Of a DNA stretch of 64,000 nt, positions 28,785 through 38,036 are shown one piece after another (within the stretch, counting starts at the first letter, position 1; every line of letters begins with the position of its first letter). Location: assembly GCA_043747445.1 (NCBI GenBank), contig JAYTPB010000047.1, positions 157-64,156 on the forward strand, given 5' to 3'. The translations under genes and the position numbers were made by a program. The DNA is from Sphingomonadales bacterium. GTDB taxonomy: Bacteria; Pseudomonadota; Alphaproteobacteria; Sphingomonadales; Sphingomonadaceae. The notes below the pieces were generated by a model. It saw only the letters and a list, made by a program, of their open reading frames with translations. It was not told the origin of the DNA and ran no database searches.

Positions 28785-29456
28785 ATGACTTTTGACCTCC
28801 GCCGCCACGCGCTGCGTGGGGATCTCGCCGATGTCGCGTTGGCGGGCCAAACTTTTGCGCCGCACTATGCCGAAGCGGCCTTGCGCGAATGTGCCCCGCC
28901 CTTTCTTGCGATGTACGACAAGCCAGACGGCAATCAAGTTTCCGAACTGCTCGGCGGCGAAGGCTTTGGTTTGCTTGATATCGCTGGTGGCTGGGCATGG
29001 GGTTACTCAATCTATGATCATTATGTTGGCTATGTGCGGGCTGATGCGCTGATCGCGCCGACTGAACATACCCATGCAGCGGTAAAAAGTGATCCCGTTG
29101 AAGCCGCAAGTGCGTTTCTTGATATGCCCTATGTGTGGGGTGGACGCGGCGGCGCAGGCATTGATTGCTCTGGGCTGGTGCAGCGCGGACTTGCGGCAGC
29201 GGGGATTGCAGCGCCGCGTGACAGCGACATGCAATTGGCGGAAACGGGTAGCCTGCTTTCTGAGGATGCATTGCTCAAACGCGGTGATTTGGTTTTCTTT
29301 CCCGGCCATGTCGGGATCATGGCCGATGCAGACAACCTCCTCCATGCGACGCGGCATCACGGCAAGACTGTGATCGAACCGCTTGCTAGCGTTGTAGCGC
29401 GTGTTTCGGCTGAACATCCCCAAGCAATCACGGCGCGCAAACGAATTTCGTTATGA
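28785..29456 (+). CDS. NlpC/P60 (C40) family peptidase
   Basis: Catalytic Cys context GIDCSGLV and His context FPGHVGIM. The start is chosen at MTFDLRRHALRGDLADV. The ORF is open from 28692, and 28743 is an alternative start. Confidence 0.8.
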   Translation: MTFDLRRHALRGDLADVALAGQTFAPHYAEAALRECAPPFLAMYDKPDGNQVSELLGGEGFGLLDIAGGWAWGYSIYDHYVGYVRADALIAPTEHTHAAVKSDPVEAASAFLDMPYVWGGRGGAGIDCSGLVQRGLAAAGIAAPRDSDMQLAETGSLLSEDALLKRGDLVFFPGHVGIMADADNLLHATRHHGKTVIEPLASVVARVSAEHPQAITARKRISL

Positions 29457-30385
29457 CACACCGGGTTTTTGTTGATGGTGCCGTCGGGACGACTGGCCTC
29501 GAAATCGCAGGTCGGCTTGACGGGCGTGCTGATCTTGAAATTATCGCGCTTGATGACGCACAGCGCAAGGATGCGGGCGTTCGCCGCGAGGCGCTTAATG
29601 CGGCTGACGTTGTTATCCTTTGCCTACCCGATGACGCCGCGCGTGAGGCGGTTGCACTGATCGACAATCCCAATACAAGGGTGATTGATGCCTCAACCGC
29701 GCACCGCACTGCGCCCGATTGGATATTCGGATTTCACGAGATTGATCCTGACGGGAAACGCAAGGTTGCGGGCGCGATGCGGGTATCAAATCCCGGCTGT
29801 TATCCAACCGGATTTCTAGCCCTCGTTGTCCCGCTCCTTCGTGCTGGGGTTATTCCCGCCGAATGGCCGATCAGCGTGAACGCAGTCTCAGGCTATTCAG
29901 GCGGCGGCAAGGCGATGATTGCCGAATTTGAGGGTGGGATCTCGCCGACCGCATGGCGCACCTATGCACTCACGCTTGCACACAAGCATGTCAGCGAAAT
30001 GCACCGCCACTCGGGGCTTATCCACGCGCCTTTGTTCGCTCCGTCAGTGGCAAATACATATCGCGGGATGATTGTTGATGTGCCTCTGCTGACAGGCGCA
30101 ATGCGCGAAACGCCGACGCCTTATGTGGTGCGTGCGATCCTGCGCAAAGCCTATGCCGATTGTGCGCTCGTTAACCTGATCGAAGATTTTGACGAGGCAA
30201 ACCTCTCAATCGAACACGCAGCGGGCAGCGATCGCCTTGATCTGTTCGTGTTCGGCAGTGCCGATGGTGGGCAAATCCGGCTGGTCGCAGCGCTTGACAA
30301 TTTAGGTAAAGGGGCCGCCGGTGCAGCGGTTCAGTCGCTCAATCTGATGATTGGGGTCAATGAATGTACGGGTCTGCGGATTTAG
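29453..30385 (+). CDS. argC: N-acetyl-gamma-glutamyl-phosphate reductase (short, type 2)
   Basis: 310 aa. N-terminal GAVGTTG Rossmann motif and the catalytic SNPGCYPTG. Confidence 0.92.
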   Translation: MTHRVFVDGAVGTTGLEIAGRLDGRADLEIIALDDAQRKDAGVRREALNAADVVILCLPDDAAREAVALIDNPNTRVIDASTAHRTAPDWIFGFHEIDPDGKRKVAGAMRVSNPGCYPTGFLALVVPLLRAGVIPAEWPISVNAVSGYSGGGKAMIAEFEGGISPTAWRTYALTLAHKHVSEMHRHSGLIHAPLFAPSVANTYRGMIVDVPLLTGAMRETPTPYVVRAILRKAYADCALVNLIEDFDEANLSIEHAAGSDRLDLFVFGSADGGQIRLVAALDNLGKGAAGAAVQSLNLMIGVNECTGLRI

Positions 30386-30473
30386 TGATTACGGGATCGC
30401 CGAACCGGCATGGAGCGCTATCGGCCCGGTGACTATACTTACTTAGGCGGCGGCCAGAGATTAGCAAAACAAC

Positions 30474-31247
30474 TTAAAAGACTGACTCTAATCGATTTTT
30501 TCGATTTAAGAGCGTAATCGCCGATCTTGACGGCTGCTGCCTGCGACGCCGCAGCACTGCGCCAATCATGCCAAAGCCCATAATCATCATCGCCCAGGTA
30601 GCTGGCTCTGGAACACCGCCACCAGCGCCGCCACCGAGCAGGAAGACTTGGCTCTGATTGTCGAATGCCACGAGCGCACCGATGCTGTTAACATTGCCAA
30701 TCGGGCCATTGAGTACATCTGCGAGATAAGAGTCCGCCTGCGCCTGAATATCAACGAAATCACCGAATGTGCTGAAATCGCCGTTCGTCACCGAATAGCC
30801 GCCAACGCCTGCCTCAAACACGATTTCCCAAACGCTGAGCGCAACTGAGGCAGCGATGCGTGATTGCAAGCTGATATCATTGGTCGCCGCAAACAGCGGG
30901 TTGGTATTGCGAAGCAAGGCGGCCAATTGCTGCTGCTTCGTGGTATTTGACAAGAATGACGAAATCGCGCCGAGTTCAAAATTGCCGCCAGTCAGCGTAC
31001 GCGTAAAATCGAGGCAATAAGACAGCACCGAAAAGGGATCATTGGTCTGCACATTACGGCCATTGAAGGAAAAACGACCAGCCTCGCCGCCGAACCTCAA
31101 GTTAAGTGGGGTGTAACTGATCCCGCCGAACAGCGCAGGCGGATCATAATGCGCCTCTTCAAGGAAGATCGTCGTTGCAGATGCGGGAGCGGCAACACAT
31201 GCCGTTGCCAGGCCTATCGCCGCAATTAGTCGTTTGAATATACGCAT
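30474..31247 (-). CDS. PEPxxWA-CTERM sorting-domain protein
   Basis: Start at MRIFKRLIAAIGLATACVAAPASA (signal peptide). The C-terminus is VPEPATWAMMIMGFGMIGAVLRRRRQ, which is PEP, then WA, then TM, then an Arg cluster. Confidence 0.8.
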   Translation of the reverse strand: MRIFKRLIAAIGLATACVAAPASATTIFLEEAHYDPPALFGGISYTPLNLRFGGEAGRFSFNGRNVQTNDPFSVLSYCLDFTRTLTGGNFELGAISSFLSNTTKQQQLAALLRNTNPLFAATNDISLQSRIAASVALSVWEIVFEAGVGGYSVTNGDFSTFGDFVDIQAQADSYLADVLNGPIGNVNSIGALVAFDNQSQVFLLGGGAGGGVPEPATWAMMIMGFGMIGAVLRRRRQQPSRSAITLLNRKNRLESVF

Positions 31248-31342
31248 AACCAACCCCCGAATCACTTCAAGCGAATAGGTTAATCGAATGTTAGCGATTC
31301 ACAAAGCAATCCGAATCGCGTTAAGCATCAAAATGGGACGGC

Positions 31343-32275
31343 TTACATCTCACCCTTTGCCCGCCGTAGCGCGAACCATTTTTCAACATTGGCATTATGC
31401 TGATCAAGCGTGTCAGCAAAAACATGCCCGCCCGACCCATCGGCCACAAAGTAAAGCGCACGCGTCGGCTCAGGATCAAGCACTGCGGCAATCGCCGCCT
31501 TCCCCGGATTGGCGATTGGCCCGGCAGGCAACCCAGCGCGCGCATAAGTATTATAGCCATTATCGGCGGCCAGTTCAGATTTAAGAATGCGACGGCCAAG
31601 CGGTTTGCCCTTAGTAACTGGATAAATCACCGTTGGGTCAGCCTGAAGCTTCATGCCAATCCGCACGCGGTTTGAATAAACCCCGGCAACCTTGCGATGT
31701 TCAGTTGGCAGCGCCGTCTCTTTCTCGACGATTGCGGCAAGCGTGATCGCTTCTTGCGGGCTTCGCGCAACCGTCGTCGGTTTGCGTTGCGCCCATAATT
31801 CAGCGAGCGTCTTGCTCATCGCATCTTGCATCCGTTTAAGCACGGCTGCGCGTGGCTCGCCGCGTACATAGGCATAGCTATCGGGAAGAACTGAGCCTTC
31901 GGCAGGCACTGTGACGTCACCCGTCAGCAGCTCAGTCGCCATCAGCCGCTCCTGAACCAGCACTGAGGGCATGCCCTCAGGAATCGTTACGAAACGCTGC
32001 AATGTCTTACCTGATTGAATGAGCGCGAGGACTTCACCGTCATCCATGCCCGCCTTAACTTCATATTCGCCGGGCTTTATCGGTTCATCCGACCCCAGCA
32101 GCTTTGCCTTGCGCAAAAAGGCGCTAGCCGATTTGATCGCACCTTTTTCTTCAAGCATTTTCGCCGCTGATGTCAGACTTGAGCCCTTAGCAACAACAAC
32201 CGTCACATCCTTTTGCGCAGTCCCGCCGCACGCTGCTAGCAACAGCGCAACGAAAAAACTCAATACAAGCCGCAT
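31343..32275 (-). CDS. mltG: Endolytic murein transglycosylase MltG (YceG-like)
   Basis: 310 aa. N-terminal anchor and YceG motifs (ASIVEKET-like AAIVEKETALP, YNTYARAGLPAGPIANPG). Confidence 0.9.
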   Translation of the reverse strand: MRLVLSFFVALLLAACGGTAQKDVTVVVAKGSSLTSAAKMLEEKGAIKSASAFLRKAKLLGSDEPIKPGEYEVKAGMDDGEVLALIQSGKTLQRFVTIPEGMPSVLVQERLMATELLTGDVTVPAEGSVLPDSYAYVRGEPRAAVLKRMQDAMSKTLAELWAQRKPTTVARSPQEAITLAAIVEKETALPTEHRKVAGVYSNRVRIGMKLQADPTVIYPVTKGKPLGRRILKSELAADNGYNTYARAGLPAGPIANPGKAAIAAVLDPEPTRALYFVADGSGGHVFADTLDQHNANVEKWFALRRAKGEM

Positions 32276-32277
32276 AC

Positions 32278-33537
32278 TTACAGTGACCGCATGACGAGCG
32301 ATGCGTTGGTGCCCCCAAAGCCGAAGCTGTTATTCAGCACAGCACGTACCTGACGCTTTTTGGCGACGTGCGGCACAAGATCAACACCAACACAGCTATC
32401 GCTTGGGTTATCAAGATTGAGCGTTGGCGGTACGATTTGATCACGCATCGCAAGCAGACAGAAAATTGATTCGACCGCCCCCGCCCCGCCAAGCAAATGA
32501 CCAATCGCCGATTTCGTCGAACTCATCGACATACCACTGAGCGAATCCCCAAACAAACGGCGTACCGCGCCAAGCTCAAGCTCATCACCCATCGGGGTCG
32601 ACGTGCCGTGCGCGTTGACATAATCAATATCATCAAGCGAAAGCCCTGACTTCTTCATCGCCATTTGCATTGACCTGAACGCACCTGATCCTTCGGGATG
32701 CGGTGCCGTCACATGATAGGCATCACCCGACAGGCCGTATCCGATGACTTCGCCGTAAATCTTTGCGCCGCGCGCTTTCGCTCGCTCATATTCCTCAAGC
32801 ACGACAACGCCAGCACCTTCACCCATTACAAAGCCGTCACGATCCTTATCATAGGGCCGCGATGCTTTTTCAGGCGTAGTATTGAAGCCGGTAGAAAGCG
32901 CACGCGCCTGCGAAAATCCAGCAATTCCGATTGGGCAGATGGTCGATTCAGCGCCGCCCGCGAGCATCACATCGGCGTCATCCATTGCAATCATCCGCGC
33001 GGCATCACCAATTGAATGCGCGCCGGTTGAACAGGCGGTCACCACCGCATGATTTGGCCCCATAAGGCCGTATTTGATCGAGACCTGCCCCGAAATCAGG
33101 TTGATCAGGCGACCGTGGACAAAATGCGGTGAGACTCGGCGTGGGCCTTTTTCAGCTAGGACAAGCGATTCGCTCTCAATGCCGGGGAGGCCACCGATGC
33201 CCGAACCAATTGAGCAGCCCGCGCGGAACCGTTCTTCCTCAGTCATATCGGTAAGGCCAGCATCCTCAATTGCTTGGCTTGCGGCATCAATGCCAAGAAT
33301 GATGAAGCGATCGACCTGCCGCTGAACCTTATAATCAACGCGCAGATCAGGATCAAAACCCCATGGGTGATCCTTTGCTTTCACCTCACACGCAATCGTG
33401 CAGGCATAGGCGCTTGCATCAAATTGGGTAATCTGCCCGGCACCTGATTTGGACGCGATCAGATTTGCCCAGCTTGTTTCAACGTCTGCGCCAAGCGGCG
33501 TAACAAGCCCCAATCCGGTTATGACAACACGCCGCAT
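32278..33537 (-). CDS. fabF: Beta-ketoacyl-ACP synthase II
   Basis: 419 aa. Active-site ACSTGAH, His motifs NAHGTSTP and SMSSTKSAIGHLLGGAG, and NSFGFGGTN. Confidence 0.95.
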   Translation of the reverse strand: MRRVVITGLGLVTPLGADVETSWANLIASKSGAGQITQFDASAYACTIACEVKAKDHPWGFDPDLRVDYKVQRQVDRFIILGIDAASQAIEDAGLTDMTEEERFRAGCSIGSGIGGLPGIESESLVLAEKGPRRVSPHFVHGRLINLISGQVSIKYGLMGPNHAVVTACSTGAHSIGDAARMIAMDDADVMLAGGAESTICPIGIAGFSQARALSTGFNTTPEKASRPYDKDRDGFVMGEGAGVVVLEEYERAKARGAKIYGEVIGYGLSGDAYHVTAPHPEGSGAFRSMQMAMKKSGLSLDDIDYVNAHGTSTPMGDELELGAVRRLFGDSLSGMSMSSTKSAIGHLLGGAGAVESIFCLLAMRDQIVPPTLNLDNPSDSCVGVDLVPHVAKKRQVRAVLNNSFGFGGTNASLVMRSL

Positions 33538-33554
33538 CGCAATCCTCTCAAATA

Positions 33555-33590
33555 AAAACGGCCCTATCGCATTTGCGAGAGAGCCGTTTT
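33555..33590 (-). terminator. Hairpin between acpP and fabF (terminator/attenuator)
   Basis: AAAACGGC (33555-33562) pairs with GCCGTTTT (33583-33590). On the coding (minus) strand the stem is followed by a T-rich run. Confidence 0.5.
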
Positions 33591-33636
33591 CTATTCCTAA
33601 AAACGCACCCGCAACACCGGGTTAGCGTCGCCGTAA

Positions 33637-33873
33637 TCAGGCTTTCTTTTCATTGATGAAGGCAATCGCATCATTAACAGTCGCGATTTTTTCGGCCGCA
33701 TCATCAGGGATTTCAACGCCAAACTCTTCTTCAAACGCCATCACCAGCTCGACAATGTCAAGGCTGTCAGCGCCAAGATCATCAATGAAGCTTGCATCAT
33801 CGGTCACCTTATCGGCTTCAACGCCAAGATGTTCGACAACGATTTTTTTAACGCGATCTGCTGTCTCGCTCAT
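33637..33873 (-). CDS. acpP: Acyl carrier protein
   Basis: 78 aa from [12 protein letters not shown], with the DLGADSLD phosphopantetheine site. Confidence 0.95.
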   Translation of the reverse strand: MSETADRVKKIVVEHLGVEADKVTDDASFIDDLGADSLDIVELVMAFEEEFGVEIPDDAAEKIATVNDAIAFINEKKA

Positions 33874-33990
33874 GGATGATCCTTCTCGTTCATGTAAAAG
33901 CAATGTTCTTAAAATGCCCTAAAGCGGCGCAAGGAAGCTTGCAAGCCCCCTCTTGTTATACCACCCGCGAAGGCATGTTTGCCAAAGCGT

Positions 33991-34728
33991 TCAAACCATC
34001 GCCATTCCACCATTCACATGGAGCGTTTGACCTGTGACATAGGCCGCCTCGCGACTGGCAAGATAGGCCACCGCTGCGCCAATATCTGCGCCTTCGCCAA
34101 GCCGACCAATGGGAATGCGCGTGGTCAGCGCTTCCTTCTGCGCATCGGGCAGGGCGTCCGTCATTGGCGAAACGATAAAACCGGGGGCCACACAGTTGAC
34201 CGTGATGTTACGGCTCGCCAACTCTTGACCAAGCGCTTTTGACATCGCGGTGAGGCCGCCCTTTGACGCGGCATAATTCGCCTGCCCCGGATTGCCCGTC
34301 GCGCCAACGACGCTTGTGATTGAGATAATCCGACCAAAGCGCGCCTTCATCATCGGTTTTGACGCAGCCCGGATCAGGCGGAATGCAGCGGTAAGGTTGA
34401 CCGCGATCACCTGATCCCACTCCTCATCTTTCATCCGCATCGCCAGATTATCACGCGTTACGCCCGCATTGTTGACGAGGATATCAAGCTGCCCAAGCGC
34501 TTCAACTGCACGCGGCACAAGGCCGTCAACCGCTGCACCATCAGAAAGATTACACGGCAGGATGACAGGATCGCCGCCAAGTCCGGTCGCAACCGCCGCC
34601 AGTGCATCCTCTCGCGTCCCCGAAAGCGCAACACGCGCACCTTGCGCCGCCAGTGCCACCGCCACCGCCGATCCGATTCCACCCGATGCGCCCGTCACGA
34701 GGGCAGTCATTCCGGTTAAGTCAAACAT
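33991..34728 (-). CDS. fabG: 3-oxoacyl-ACP reductase
   Basis: 245 aa. SDR motifs TGASGGIG, NNAG and YAASKGG. Confidence 0.95.
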   Translation of the reverse strand: MFDLTGMTALVTGASGGIGSAVAVALAAQGARVALSGTREDALAAVATGLGGDPVILPCNLSDGAAVDGLVPRAVEALGQLDILVNNAGVTRDNLAMRMKDEEWDQVIAVNLTAAFRLIRAASKPMMKARFGRIISITSVVGATGNPGQANYAASKGGLTAMSKALGQELASRNITVNCVAPGFIVSPMTDALPDAQKEALTTRIPIGRLGEGADIGAAVAYLASREAAYVTGQTLHVNGGMAMV

Positions 34729-34737
34729 AACTATTCC

Positions 34738-35157
34738 TTATTTTTGGTTCACGCGGAGGCGCGGAGACGCGGAGGATGTGTAATCATTGACGATACGACG
34801 GAGCCCTTCTTTGAGCGTTGCGCCGCCAAAATTTATGAGCAGCCCAACGGGCTGCTTTGTCAAACGAAGATAGGTTAGAAGTTGTTTGGCATGAGCCGCG
34901 TTTAATGATTCGACTGATTTTAGTTCAATCAGCAGACGATCATCCACTATCAAATCGATTTTGAAAGCGGCTTCAAACTTCATGTCCTCAAATTCAATAT
35001 CAACTGGCTTTTGCCGAACAACTGAATACCCAAGTTTGGCCAATTTGCCTGCCAAAACAGTCTCATAAACGCTCTCAAGAAGGCCCGACCCAAGATCACA
35101 GTGTATGCGCACCGCAAGGTCAATCACATCACCAGTAATCGCGTCAATATCTCTCAA
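34738..35157 (-). CDS. GxxExxY family protein (PD-(D/E)xK-like, 23S-rRNA-IVS-type selfish gene)
   Basis: 139 aa, TTG start. Signature GSGLLESVYETVL (GxxExxY) followed by IDLIVDDRLLIELK. Visibly lower GC than its neighbours. The C-terminus (SASPRLRVNQK) is encoded by the flanking repeat. Confidence 0.8.
   Translation of the reverse strand: MRDIDAITGDVIDLAVRIHCDLGSGLLESVYETVLAGKLAKLGYSVVRQKPVDIEFEDMKFEAAFKIDLIVDDRLLIELKSVESLNAAHAKQLLTYLRLTKQPVGLLINFGGATLKEGLRRIVNDYTSSASPRLRVNQK
34746..34780. repeat. Left inverted repeat of the GxxExxY element
   Basis: GGTTCACGCGGAGGCGCGGAGACGCGGAGGATGTG closely matches the reverse complement of 35160-35201 (GTTCGCGCGGAGACGCGGAGACGCGGGGACGCGGAGGGTG). Both are built from GCGGAGA/CGCGGAG heptads. 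Confidence 0.7.
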
Positions 35158-35159
35158 CT

Positions 35160-35201
35160 CACACCCTCCGCGTCCCCGCGTCTCCGCGTCTCCGCGCGAA
35201 C
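35160..35201. repeat. Right inverted repeat of the GxxExxY element
   Basis: See the left repeat. This copy lies between the element ORF start (35157) and the fabD stop (35211). Confidence 0.7.
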
Positions 35202-35210
35202 AATATCTTC

Positions 35211-36149
35211 TTAAATTGCTTTCAGAAGACCCTCAATATCATCCATTCTGACGAGCGACATCACCGCAACCTCCCCCACTGCACTGCGCTTGACCATTGG
35301 CCCTAGCACCTTGCCTCCAAATTCGACGAAGTGATGCACCCCCGCAGCCTCCATCGCGATCACCGATTCGCGCCAGCGGACGCGACCTGTGACTTGTTCG
35401 ACGAGCAGAGTGCGGATCGTGTCGGCATCAGCAACCGGAGCCGCCGTCACATTAGCATAAAGTGGAACGAGTGGAGCCTGTAGCGAAGCATCGGCCAAAG
35501 CCTTCGCCATTGCGTCCGCCGCTGGCTGCATCAGGGGGCAGTGGAACGGCGCGGATACGGGGAGCAACACCCCCCGTTTGATGCCATGATCCTTGGTGAG
35601 CGCAATCGCGCGGTCAATCGCGGCCTTGTGTCCCGAAATCACCACCTGGCCCGGATCATTATCATTAGCGACAGTGCAGATTTCGCCCTCCGCCGCCGCA
35701 TCAGCCAGCGCTTGTGCTTTTTCGATGTCAGCGCCGAGCAGCGCAGCCATCGCGCCAATCCCAACTGGAACAGCGGCCTGCATCGCTTCACCGCGCAGGC
35801 GCAGCAGCCGGGCTGTTGTTGCCAGATCAAGCGCGCCCGCCGCACACAGTGCTGAATATTCGCCCAGACTGTGTCCTGCGACAAAATCGCACTTATCGAC
35901 GAGTGACACACCGCCCTCCCGCTCAAGCACGCGCAGCGTCGCAATCGCATTCGCCATGATCGCGGGCTGAGCATTGGCGGTGAGCATCAATTGATCCTCC
36001 GGCCCTTCGCACATCAGCTTGAACAGGTTCTGGCCGAGCGCGTCATCAACCTCTTGAAACACTTCACGCGCCACGGTGCTCGCTTGGCTCAGCGCAAGCC
36101 CCATGCCAACCGACTGGCTGCCCTGCCCCGGAAAAATAAATGCCCGCAT
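35211..36149 (-). CDS. fabD: Malonyl CoA-ACP transacylase
   Basis: 312 aa. FPGQGSQ and the active-site GHSLGEYSAL. Confidence 0.95.
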   Translation of the reverse strand: MRAFIFPGQGSQSVGMGLALSQASTVAREVFQEVDDALGQNLFKLMCEGPEDQLMLTANAQPAIMANAIATLRVLEREGGVSLVDKCDFVAGHSLGEYSALCAAGALDLATTARLLRLRGEAMQAAVPVGIGAMAALLGADIEKAQALADAAAEGEICTVANDNDPGQVVISGHKAAIDRAIALTKDHGIKRGVLLPVSAPFHCPLMQPAADAMAKALADASLQAPLVPLYANVTAAPVADADTIRTLLVEQVTGRVRWRESVIAMEAAGVHHFVEFGGKVLGPMVKRSAVGEVAVMSLVRMDDIEGLLKAI

Positions 36150-36167
36150 TGGAAATATCCTTTGATT

Positions 36168-37208
36168 CTAATCGAAGACGGTATTGCTTTTTTCAACCGT
36201 CCACGTCTGCCCCTTGGAAAGCAGCGCCTGCATATCGGCGCGTTTGCCTTCGGACAGTTTGGCATTTTGCTCAGTCACCGCACGATCAAACGTCGGGCGC
36301 GGATGATCAAAAATGACGCCGAGCGCAATGGGCAGGCCGTCCTCAATCGCCATATCGACGAGCATCATCGCGATGCCGCGATTGGTGACGTTGTGGGTAA
36401 TAACGCCAGCACCTTCCCAATCACCATCAACCACATCAACCACTTGCAGCGTAAGCTCTTCACTATTGAGGTGAAGCCCCTTGGTGCCGCCTGCGAACAG
36501 CATTGGCTTGCCGTCTTCAAGCCAAATCTGGTTGAGCGGCGCGTTGCCCTTGTCAGTGAACCCTGCAAACACATCATCATTATAAACGATGCAATTCTGG
36601 TAAATCTCAACAAAGCCAGTGCCCCGGTGCGCGTGCGCAGCTTTCAGCACTTCGGTCAGACGCTTGTGCGTATCAATCCCGCGCGCCACAAAACGTGCGC
36701 CCGATCCAAGCGCAAACGCGCAAGGCGTCGCCGGACGATCCACCGAACCATAAGGCGTTGACGGGCTGCGTGTGCCGACGCGTGAAGTTGGCGAATATTG
36801 CCCCTTGGTCAGGCCGTAAATTTCGTTGTTGAAGAGCAGCACCTGGCAATCAAGATTGCGGCGGATCAGGTGCATCGTATGATTGCCACCGATCGACAGC
36901 GCGTCACCATCCCCCGTGATAATCCAGACATCAAGCTCTGGATTGGCGAGCTTCACCCCCGTCGCCACCGCAGGCGCGCGGCCGTGGATGGTGTGGAATC
37001 CGTAAGTTTCCATATAATAGGGGAAACGCGATGAGCAGCCGATCCCGCTAATAAACACGGTATTTTCAGGCTTCACGCCAAGCTCTGGCATCGTCCGCTG
37101 AACCGCCTTGAGGATCGCATAATCGCCGCATCCGGGGCACCAGCGCACCTCCTGATCAGTCTCCCAATCCTTGGGGGAGCCTTTAGCGATTGGGGTCATG
37201 TCGTTCAT
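36168..37208 (-). CDS. korB: 2-oxoglutarate/2-oxoacid:ferredoxin oxidoreductase beta subunit
   Basis: 346 aa. CPGCGDY, and TPP-binding GDGD...GGNH motifs. Confidence 0.92.
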   Translation of the reverse strand: MNDMTPIAKGSPKDWETDQEVRWCPGCGDYAILKAVQRTMPELGVKPENTVFISGIGCSSRFPYYMETYGFHTIHGRAPAVATGVKLANPELDVWIITGDGDALSIGGNHTMHLIRRNLDCQVLLFNNEIYGLTKGQYSPTSRVGTRSPSTPYGSVDRPATPCAFALGSGARFVARGIDTHKRLTEVLKAAHAHRGTGFVEIYQNCIVYNDDVFAGFTDKGNAPLNQIWLEDGKPMLFAGGTKGLHLNSEELTLQVVDVVDGDWEGAGVITHNVTNRGIAMMLVDMAIEDGLPIALGVIFDHPRPTFDRAVTEQNAKLSEGKRADMQALLSKGQTWTVEKSNTVFD

Positions 37209-37210
37209 AT
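37188..37210. repeat. Direct repeat copy 1 (native korB start region)
   Basis: GATTGGGGTCATGTCGTTCATAT matches 38016-38038 at 21 of 23 positions, with the last 16 nt identical. On the minus strand it encodes MNDMTPI. Confidence 0.85.
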
Positions 37211-37816
37211 AGATTTTCTCGCTTCCTGATTTCTCAAAACAGCATCAAGTGCCGCCATCGCCCGGTCGTGATTTTCCTTTTGGGTCTTTTTCTGTGATGC
37301 AAACCTTCCGCCATCATTGGCGCGCTCATACACGGCTGCAGTAGAATTTATCTTCTGCGCTTTTTCCAGGCCGTCCAAATAATCATGCGTCGAGAGAACA
37401 ATGATGCGTTTGCGGTCTTTTTCTGGGATGAATAGCCCATTGAGCACCTTGTCATCCTCAGTCAGCAAAAGTGCCTGCTCTTCGCCTTCGAGGAAAGGGG
37501 AGTAACGGGCAACTTCAATAGCGGCACGTTCTCCCATATCTGGCGTCTTAACCTTTTCTCGCGTCAGCATCGAAAAATGTGTCGCAAACACTCGCGAAGG
37601 CACAATATTGATCTGATCCGCATGAGCCTGCGTCCATTCAGCAATATCTGCTGCACCAATAGCGGTGCTATTGCTGGTTGCTTCATAAAACACTGCATCC
37701 GGTATGATCACTGGCAAATCCAAAATCAGCAAATAGTCCAAGGACTCCGCCGCAGCCAAAGTGATCAATGGCCCGGTATCCATCAAAAAAATGCGCAGGT
37801 TGAAATCCTCAGCCAT
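37205..37816 (-). CDS. PIN-like (DUF3368-type) putative toxin/nuclease
   Basis: ATG at 37816; the track ORF opens at a TTG at 37834. Motifs follow the DUF3368/PIN order: IFLMDTGPLITLAAAESLDYLLIL..VIIPDAVFYE, then MGERAAIEVA, then LLLTEDDK. The start has an 8-nt overlap (ATGGCTGA) with the upstream 75-aa ORF, and the stop has an ATGA overlap with the korB start. Confidence 0.65.
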   Translation of the reverse strand: MAEDFNLRIFLMDTGPLITLAAAESLDYLLILDLPVIIPDAVFYEATSNSTAIGAADIAEWTQAHADQINIVPSRVFATHFSMLTREKVKTPDMGERAAIEVARYSPFLEGEEQALLLTEDDKVLNGLFIPEKDRKRIIVLSTHDYLDGLEKAQKINSTAAVYERANDGGRFASQKKTQKENHDRAMAALDAVLRNQEARKSI

Positions 37817-38036
37817 TGGACTTTCGCTCTGCAAGCTGCCTCACAATTTCGATGCCTTCCGCGTTGTAAGGTTTGCCATATTGCGGAAGAGGCAAATGCG
37901 CCTCATGCAACTTCATTAGCGTTTCGCCGAAACTGATCGGTTCACCCAACAAATCGCCTAATTCCTGTCTGGTAATCTCGCCCGCACTGAAACGATCCAG
38001 CGGGGTACGGTTCGGGATGGGAGTCATGTCGTTCAT
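37809..38036 (-). CDS. 75-aa putative antitoxin (UPF0175-like helix-turn-helix)
   Basis: The N-terminal MNDMTPI is identical to KorB residues 1-7 and is encoded by the repeat. AGGAA lies 5-6 nt upstream of the ATG. The segment GEITRQELGDLLGEPISFGETLMKLHEAHLPLP resembles UPF0175 partners of DUF3368 proteins. Confidence 0.5.
   Translation of the reverse strand: MNDMTPIPNRTPLDRFSAGEITRQELGDLLGEPISFGETLMKLHEAHLPLPQYGKPYNAEGIEIVRQLAERKSNG

Noticed and set aside
28573-29271. 232-aa minus-strand ORF
   Set aside because: It is antisense to the NlpC/P60 gene (catalytic DCSGLV and GHVGIM). Its His/Arg/Gln-rich composition is typical of shadow frames.
35991-36761. 256-aa + ORF
   Set aside because: It is antisense to korB and the fabD 5' end, with no motifs.
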